A DNA stretch of 64,000 nucleotides from assembly GCF_964204645.1 (NCBI RefSeq), contig NC_134025.1, positions 2,294,001 to 2,358,000 of the forward strand. The letters are read 5' to 3'. The DNA is from Tubulanus polymorphus (taxonomy: Eukaryota > Animalia > Nemertea). Of the stretch, positions 56,741 through 64,000 are shown piece after piece; position 1 is the first letter of the stretch; each line of letters opens with the position of its first letter. A program made the translations under genes and the position numbers. Below the pieces are notes generated by a model. The model was not told the DNA's origin. It worked only from the letters and a program-made list of their open reading frames with translations, and made no database searches.

Positions 56741-56860
56741 ATCTCCTGATCCTTAGAACTGAAACATCCAAAATCCTTTCCTGAATTTCAAGGCTATTCT
56801 GTTTCAACTGGTGTCGCTGCACTGGTTGGTAGATATAACAGGTAACCAGATGTTACGTAT

Positions 56861-56866
56861 TTTATA
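56861..56866 (-). promoter_or_regulatory. Candidate TATA box of the minus-strand TMED gene
   Basis: TATAAA on the minus strand about 120 bp upstream of ATG 56740. Confidence 0.35.
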
Positions 56867-57144
56867 ATTTAACGGCGACTTTCATATATTGGAAGTACTG
56901 GTATACAATATATACATTTAGATAGCGTATATATAGGTACTCAAGCACGTCAGCACAGCAAGGCGTGTCGTGATATCATAATTGTTTGGTTGACACAACG
57001 CCTTTGTTGAACCCTCAATGAAATATTTTTTAAACGCGTATAATCAGTGTCTGTGTGTGTGTACCCTGCCAGTTGGAAGTAAACCGTCTCGCAATATATT
57101 ATTAAGTTCGTACTTAGAAAAGCGATAGCGGTACAGATATCATA

Positions 57145-57348
57145 CAGGTCTCTTTACAGATCAGGAATCCAAACTTCCCCGATATATTTCCCTGACCCTT
57201 GACCGAAAATTCCCTGATTGAATTATAAGATATCCTCAGTAGGGGCTGTTTCTTATCAAGAGGTTCCCTGTGCCACTCATCACCAGCAAGGACAAGAGAC
57301 CAAAAGTCAGAATTTATTTTTCTAGCATTGAAATCTGTGAGAACCCTG
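57145..57348. mobile_element. Degenerate hAT-like MITE
   Basis: Termini CAGGTCTCTTTACAGAT / ATCTGTGAGAACCCTG, internal TTCCCTGA subrepeats; a similar left end GGGTTCTTACAGATCAGG is at 63922-63939. Confidence 0.45.
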
Positions 57349-57454
57349 ACATACCTGTATAACTACTTGATGTGTGAGTGATATTTCAATATTTGACTCA
57401 ACATATTCATTGTAGTCGGTAGGCCAAAAAGCAACAAAAAAATCATAAGAAAAA

Positions 57455-59005
57455 TCTTTCTTTTTGGATATTTTATTATCTTCATTATAATATCGACCAT
57501 ATCATGATACAGTACAATTTGATTATTCATTCTCAACGAGAATCAATTTTGAAATTGAAATGAAATTATCACACATCGGTTTACTCATTGAATATACACT
57601 ACTTAGTGTCTTCTTATCAAAATCAGCAATTCTTTCCAAATGCAAAAACGGAGTAAAAAGTGTGCAATCATTTTAGAAACATACGACAAACACATCGAAA
57701 ATACAAAATAAACTTACGCGATTAAGAAAATATCAGAGATTTTCATTATTAGAAAAAAAACCAATTTTAATTCTATCCGTTTGCATAGAGAAAAGAAATA
57801 GGCAATAATTCAATAAGATCGAGTCAGTGCGAGATACAAGACAACTGACTGACCATAACACACAAATATCAATAATCAAAGCATCATTCAGACCAGACTA
57901 ATCGATATCTCGAATTGAAGTATACAAGTAATTTGACATAAAGATAGCAGATATTCAGATTTTGACAGCATTTCAATATTTTTGGGAGGAATTGAGCTCT
58001 TAGAGTAGAAACTACTCCCAAATAGTAGTCATAATCAGGTTTGATCATCGTTAATTGAATTAAGTCTTCATTTCTTTTCATTATTACATCGATGCTCTCA
58101 GAATCGCTGTTTGAAGCCATATCACCACAAATATCATTATTTCAAATATCTTTTGTAATTTCATTATCAATTAAATCAATGCTTTGAGTAAATTACACGA
58201 TAGTTTTGTATAAATGCAGCACACACATCTTTACAGTAAAACAATATCTATTATATACATATATACTTACATATATACAACTGAAGAACTATATATAAAT
58301 GAGCCAAAATTCAAGACACATGTTTTATTTTTATGAACATTTTTGATGTGGGAAAATGCTTATGTGGTACGTTGATCACGATCCAGTTCCACTAGTTCCA
58401 CTAAACATTTGACTGAAGTCAAAATAATTCAAAAGCATCAAATTCAACTGCAGGGTGAAACCTATTGCAAAACTGTGCAACTGGGATCGGTTGTGATCTT
58501 TATGACTGTAGTACGGATGACAATCCGAGTCTCCAAAATCAGGTGCACCTCCCGGCGCAAATTAACTCGCATATCACGGGTCCATACTGGCTACGATAGG
58601 TTAAATCGAAACAAAAAATCTCATCAGATAAAATCATCTTCATTTACATGAAATTTATAAATATCATTCATTGGATTACGATGAATTCAACATCTATAAA
58701 TTCACTTTCAATACAATGAAAAAATATTTGTCAAAGGCGCAACTAAAATATAAATAATTTAAGGGGAAAATGTACAAGAAAGAATAATCAACAACAAATA
58801 GAATGTAATTTACGCTGTTTACAGTAACTTCAATCTCTCAGCACGGGCTTCCATTAAATTGTTTTCAATCGACCGCATAAGAAGAAATATTCAGCCTGGA
58901 AATCTATCAAGATTTGCTGCCTTCAAATTATCATTGAAAACTTGCGCGACTAAATATACAGAATAGACTAAAATGTACACAATATATACAACATCTTACC
59001 GTTAA

Positions 59006-59040
<35 letters not shown>

Positions 59041-60321
59041 AACCTGTGCACAATCTACGTAGAGTTGAAAACAAAACCAATCTGCACTTCAATCCCTGAT
59101 CAAATCTCTATATTCCTAATATATTTACTCTGATTCTTCTGTCTGATTTATTTATACTTTTTGCAGCATGTATTCAGCTCGCAAACTGAGTAAGAGTTTG
59201 AAAAAACAATTCAATAATTGAAGGAATTCGAATCGAGATTAGATTGAAATGGACGGAGGTAAAGACTAGATCATAAACATCCTCGACCATTTACTAAATT
59301 ACCATAGATAATTGTCAGGAGTCAGATTGTAGAACTCTGGAATTTTCACAACTGTCAGGAGTTACTCATTAACACAATCTGAGCATAAATACTGAGCTCT
59401 ACAGCCCGTGTCACATTAAAAGGGATCAAGATATTTTTACAAGATGTTTTTCTTGAATTCTTCACAAATGTTCACGATTTTACATGTTTTTGTCAAATTA
59501 TTCGCATCAATCCGACCCCTGAACTGTTGAGGTTTATTTCTAGATGATGATTCCTTCATCTCCTGCTGTAAGACTAGGTATGCAGTACCCAGTCTACAAG
59601 GGCAGGGTTTCCTACCGAGATTCAACCCTAAACTTCATTAAAATTCCGAAAATGTGTTACAAAATACACTCGTCGATACGTTTTAAAAGAACCGAAATGA
59701 ATTTAACACAACACCACAAAACTATAGGTTTTAACACATAATCCTCGAATTATAGCCATAGTTCACAATCTGAACACTTCAAAAGAACCATTCAAATAGT
59801 ATATACTCATTTTCAGTCCCCTGTACAAAATTTGAAGCATTATGTACAAAGGGGAAGTGGCCAATTTTTGATCTCATTGATGCGTACTTTATAAATGTTC
59901 CCTTCAGGCAGGCGTAGGTTGACTGGTGACGTGATTGTCAGTGACCATATGCAACTCTAATAGTCCGAGTTAGTCGCAAGAGCAGCATATGTCATTCGCG
60001 ACTTTACAACCACGTTACAGTAAGTGGAATGAGACTGGCGCTGCTGGCAGTTGCAGGGGCGTGTAAGAAGCTGACCTACGCCCGCCTTTACAGAAACTGA
60101 CTTTAACATTTAAGTATCTAATACTCATACATTGATAATTGTGACTCAGGCATCCTGTTTAACGGATAGACCAGCGCACATGTGACCGGTTCGATCTCCG
60201 CAGTAAACTGGATTCATTGACACACGCGGAAGAGCTGCATATATTGCCGAGTACATGCCATACTTATATCATATAAACACTAATAAGTAACACTTCATAT
60301 TACAAAAGGAGAGATCATTGA
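57455..60321 (-). other. Probable long (~2.85 kb) Pellino 3' UTR
   Basis: U-rich on the minus strand with no coding signal. AATAAA (minus) at 57472-57477 is followed by a U-rich downstream element; more proximal AATAAA hexamers also exist. Confidence 0.5.
59006..59038. repeat. (AAT)11 microsatellite in the putative Pellino 3' UTR
   Basis: Directly visible. Confidence 0.9.
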
Positions 60322-60448
60322 TTAGTCGACATTGTCCTGCCATATGACTTTAACATATCCAGGATGTTCTTTGAGAGGAGTTGCGCAGAATGGACAAACA
60401 GCTATAAACCCGTGACACCCGTAAGGAATTGGAATAGATGCCCAGTAC
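60322..60448 (-). CDS. Peli: Pellino last coding exon (YWASIPIPYGCHGFIAVCPFCATPL...VIWQDNVD*)
   Basis: TAG acceptor at 60449-60451, phase matches the previous exon, stop TAA at 60322-60324. Confidence 0.93.
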
Positions 60449-63400
60449 CTACAAGATTAAGAATATATACAAATCATAGGTTAGTAAATTACCTGAACTT
60501 TGATACAGAGTAGAATTATATCTATTTTTATTATACTAAAATACAATAAAGTCTAAGTTATTTTACCAACTTATCTAAATGATTAACGTTTTGTGCTCAG
60601 TAAATTCATTAAGAAATATAAATTGCGACTTTAAAATAGTGACAATTTCAGTGATGTTACAACTTATCTGATGACGATTTAAACAAGTTTGACTGTATCT
60701 ACGGTAATATTTACAATTTTTAAAGAGAAAGCAATATCATGATTCAATAGTTCAATGGTAATATACTGGTATAATCTGAAACACAGGATGTGGATGAAAG
60801 CCCAATACTGACAACTCAATATCCCATGTCAAAACTTACTTGATAGTTTTTTCTGATGACATATGACCGCATGGATTGAACGTATGAGTGGGAAGTTCAC
60901 TATCTACATATAAACTAGGTTCGTTACCCATTTGTAATTTTTGAAAGGGACCAGTCTGAAAAATAAAACACTTATTCGAATGAATACGAGTCTGATATTC
61001 AATATGAATCGAAATTATACTGAGCTTGCCACAGAGCCAATAGCCTCGGATTATCGGTAGCCCCCTAGATGACAAAATGTTGAAAATCCGCATGAATTAG
61101 ATTTCCACACATCTGAAATAAGGGGATCCTATTATATTTGAGGTTTGTACATCGATGAGTACTGTTTAAGTGGCAGTAGTTCCACTCTCCCTAGTCCCTC
61201 CAGATCCGAGGCAAGCACGTTTAATAGTCTACTGTATCTTACCTCTCTACACATAGGACATGTTCTGTTTCCAGCCTCATCGCTTGCACCCCACTCGTGC
61301 TTACCATGTACGTGACCACATTTTAAATAAACGTACGGTTGTTTTTCAGTAACAGTCAGTGTGTTTTTATTTGGAATAACTAACGTATTGAGTCCAACCG
61401 GGCATTGAGGTCGTCCTGCGTTTATTTCCTCGATCTGATGGTCAAGTTCTCTTCGACTCTGAATAAAAATAGTAAAATTAGTTCATTTTCAACGACTAAA
61501 TTCTGAGTCAAATCTGAACTCAGAATTGTTTAACTGGGTTCCACGGTAGTAAGTTACAGACATACGTTAGTTCATTTTCAATGAGTTAACTGCGAGTCAA
61601 ATCTTAACTCTATGCAACTGTGGAACCGGGTCAAGAATTTCAATTATTAAGATTCTCAGGCGTCAGGGGAGGGATCAAAGAAAAGCCACTCGTCCCTATG
61701 ACCGTATTGCATGCATATTTACAGTACTTACAGGTGAAGACAAAAGTCCCAAAGCCGAACGCCATAGTAATGTAGCACCACATAGATCTATAAGAGTTCC
61801 ATCATATAAAATATTCTCTTCATCTTCAATCTACAACAAAAACATAGTATCTGAATGAACTGAGAGGGTCAGTTACTCAAAAGGTACCCGGTAGTTCAAA
61901 TTAATAATCTGATATTAATACACTCGAGTTGTAACCCATAGCTTATCGTAAGGAGAAACAAATGAAAGTTTCAATGAACCAATTGGTGCTGCCATCTTGT
62001 GCGGCTACTGGGCTTTATCCAAAAAGTTCATAATAGTCATTAATAAGCTCATTGGACCAAAAAGCTTAGTCCTCTGGGTTAATTGTCGCTATGTCAATAC
62101 TGACCCAGTGATTAATACTTCGATAATTATCAGCTCGACTAGTTTTATGAGACTGAATCAGTTTCAATGTAATAACATCAAAACTTACTAGATTACTCTT
62201 TTTCGGAGTCGATCTCGATTCTCTTAGTTCGTACACTCCTCCACCGACTGATACTTCACGCCACAATCCAGCTTTCGATTGATCGTTGAAACCGCCGACT
62301 GGATGCATGATCAACACACCATTAGTCGTTAATCCATCGATTTCTTTTTTATCATTTTGCCACTTGGTGGCTTTTTCCTGAATAGAACATATGAAAAAGA
62401 GACTGAGTGAAGTTAATGTTTCAGCCGCTTGAGGGCAACATAATACGTGTATAGAATTATTCATAAAAACCATTAACTCATAATAACAGCAACCCCCCCC
62501 CTCTCCACTTCATAGCGCAAATAGATATTAAACTATTCACAATCTATCTGAGTAATAATGCGGCCATTCAATAAGTACATTAATTTAGCCACCAACCCCA
62601 ATTTCACAGCCTGGCTGAAGGAAGTTAACACTTACAGTGGCAAATCATCACAAAATATTGTTATTTTTTCATTAGAATCACACTAGATGCTCAGAGATTT
62701 ATCCATTTTTTCTTACGGACCAAACCCCCAAAATAACCTATTCATGTACCGAGCACATGTATACAGCTAGGCCTAGGTAGTTTTTGGCACCCTTATTCTG
62801 AATTCCTGTATCCTGAATGTATAAATAACGCTTAAAATTGCGCAGTTGCAAATCAGAATAATTTCACCACAGCCTCTAATGACAACCATGCTGTAGTTAA
62901 TATAGCTGTATATGAATTTTCTGATGAATCTCTGTATTTTTATATGAACAGCCATATAGATGCGGCTGACTTTCTCTATTAAGGAACCTGGAAGATTGAC
63001 TGCGAACAAAAGGAGCCCGGATAAACGGAATGATGTACAGAATACAGATTATTACTGATTATTCATGTCAGATCCAAACACTATTTGAACGATGTCTTAC
63101 GCGATATGCCGCCGGCTTATACAGCTCGCTATCGACGTAAATATCATAAATACATGTATAAAATTTAGTTCATTCCTACGGAGATATCTAATATGAATAA
63201 GTTCACCCCATAATAACCATTCTTAAATTACAAAATAAACTCATTTCATCGAGCCCTGAATTTCAAACACACGTAAAGCTTTACAGTACACGACCTAAAC
63301 AAAGTCAAGGACGTGCGGATATTTAGAATCTAGGTCACGAGATTGAGTCATAATGCAACTGCTCAAATCTGAGCTTTCGTGTACTAAATATTATAGAGCT

Positions 63401-63857
63401 AAACAGAAAAGTTAGCAGCACCCAATGCCACATATTAATACACATTGTACAACGCATTGACTTGTCGTTTACCGCTCTGGCGTTTGGCCAAATTGTTCGT
63501 AATTAATGAGAAAATTAGAACACGAAAACTTTTTACCAATTACAGTCTTACATAAACTAATAAATACAATATATAGGCAAAGTACACTAGGCGTACAATA
63601 GACAAAAATCATGGATCTATGAAGTATTGATATCTAACCGAGTTGTACTTTTAACCTACCCCTAAAAAAATATTTCTGGCCGAATCGAATCCAGCGGCGT
63701 AAATTCGAGCGGTGTACGGAGGAGATCGGTCGACGAGGATTCGACACGCGAAACGCGAGATCGTACTCTGAGAAACGATACAATCTTCGGCTTTCTGAGC
63801 TCCGGGTACCGTGTCTAATACTACGAAATCAATCGGCGATTCGGACGACCGGCCAAT
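60322..63857 (-). CDS. Peli: Pellino E3 ubiquitin ligase, 3' part (six coding exons; 5' exons lie beyond the window end)
   Basis: Exons on minus strand with AG/GT borders and consistent phase: 63660-63857, 62189-62377, 61732-61830, 61243-61458, 60840-60955, 60322-60448 (stop TAA). The joined product has the cryptic FHA motifs IGRSSESPIDF, STISRFACRI, DGLTTNGVL and the Pellino RING-like CGHVHG..CPMC..CGH..CPFC. Confidence 0.96.
60840..60955 (-). CDS. Peli: Pellino exon (TGPFQKLQMGNEPSLYVD...FNPCGHMSSEKTI), ends in phase 2
   Basis: CAG acceptor, GTAAGT donor; AA plus the G of the next exon encodes Lys. Confidence 0.93.
61243..61458 (-). CDS. Peli: Pellino exon (SRRELD...RPQCPVGLNTL...QPYVYLKCGHVHG...CPMCRE), 72 codons
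   Basis: CAG acceptor, GTAAGA donor; first half of the RING-like domain. Confidence 0.94.
61478..61632. mobile_element. Two adjacent family A MITE copies or fragments in a Pellino intron
   Basis: TAGTTCATTTTCAA...GAGTCAAATCT.AACTC occurs twice, ending CAACTGTGGAACCGGGTC; matches the reverse complement of 63940-64000. Confidence 0.65.
61732..61830 (-). CDS. Peli: Pellino exon (IEDEENILYDGTLIDLCGATLLWRSALGLLSSP), 33 codons
   Basis: TAG acceptor, GTAAGT donor; conserved DGxLIDLCGATLLWR. Confidence 0.93.
62189..62377 (-). CDS. Peli: Pellino exon (EKATKW...DGLTTNGVLIMHP...WREVSVGGGVYELRESRS), 63 codons
   Basis: CAG acceptor, GTAAGT donor; lies within ORF 62066-62473. Confidence 0.95.
63660..63857 (-). 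CDS. Peli: Pellino exon (IGRSSESPIDFVVLDT...RIYAAGFDSARNIFLG), 66 codons
   Basis: TAG acceptor at 63858-63860, GTAGGT donor after 63660; translated by hand, absent from the ORF track. Confidence 0.93.
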
Positions 63858-63937
63858 CTACAATATACAACTAATAGATTACTGATACTGAATTGTTATT
63901 TTAAAACATGTATCATATACTGGGTTCTTACAGATCA

Positions 63938-64000
63938 GGGTCCAGTTCCACAGTTGTGAGTTAATATTTGACTCTGAGCTAAAACATTGAAAATGAACTA
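63938..64000. mobile_element. Family A MITE left end (truncated by window), in a Pellino intron
   Basis: GGGTCCAGTTCCACAGTTGTGAGTTAATATTTGACTCTGAG...TTGAAAATGAACTA. Confidence 0.65.

Overview
AT-rich, gene-sparse animal (bilaterian invertebrate-like; CpG not depleted, GT-AG introns) genomic DNA, not prokaryotic. It contains two intronless, same-strand FoxG (BF-1/sloppy-paired type) forkhead genes about 21 kb apart (18435-19685 and 40780-42042) in a large non-coding landscape. It also has a candidate orphan coiled-coil exon between them (32312-32967), two intronless tail-to-tail p24/TMED7-3-like genes (54577-55284 +, 56036-56740 -), and the last six coding exons plus a probable long 3' UTR of a Pellino E3 ligase on the minus strand (5' part outside the window). 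Repeats include several MITE-like families, a minisatellite that appears to have grown out of a MITE terminal repeat, a ~620-bp polypurine tract, and palindromic elements, one carrying a minimal hammerhead-ribozyme core. The strongest unexpected signal is that the two FoxG paralogs are about 98% identical in DNA across the forkhead box (7 differences in 326 bp, synonymous sites included) while their flanks are deeply diverged. This suggests domain-restricted gene conversion, with a small unconverted island. All counts and alignments were done by eye.
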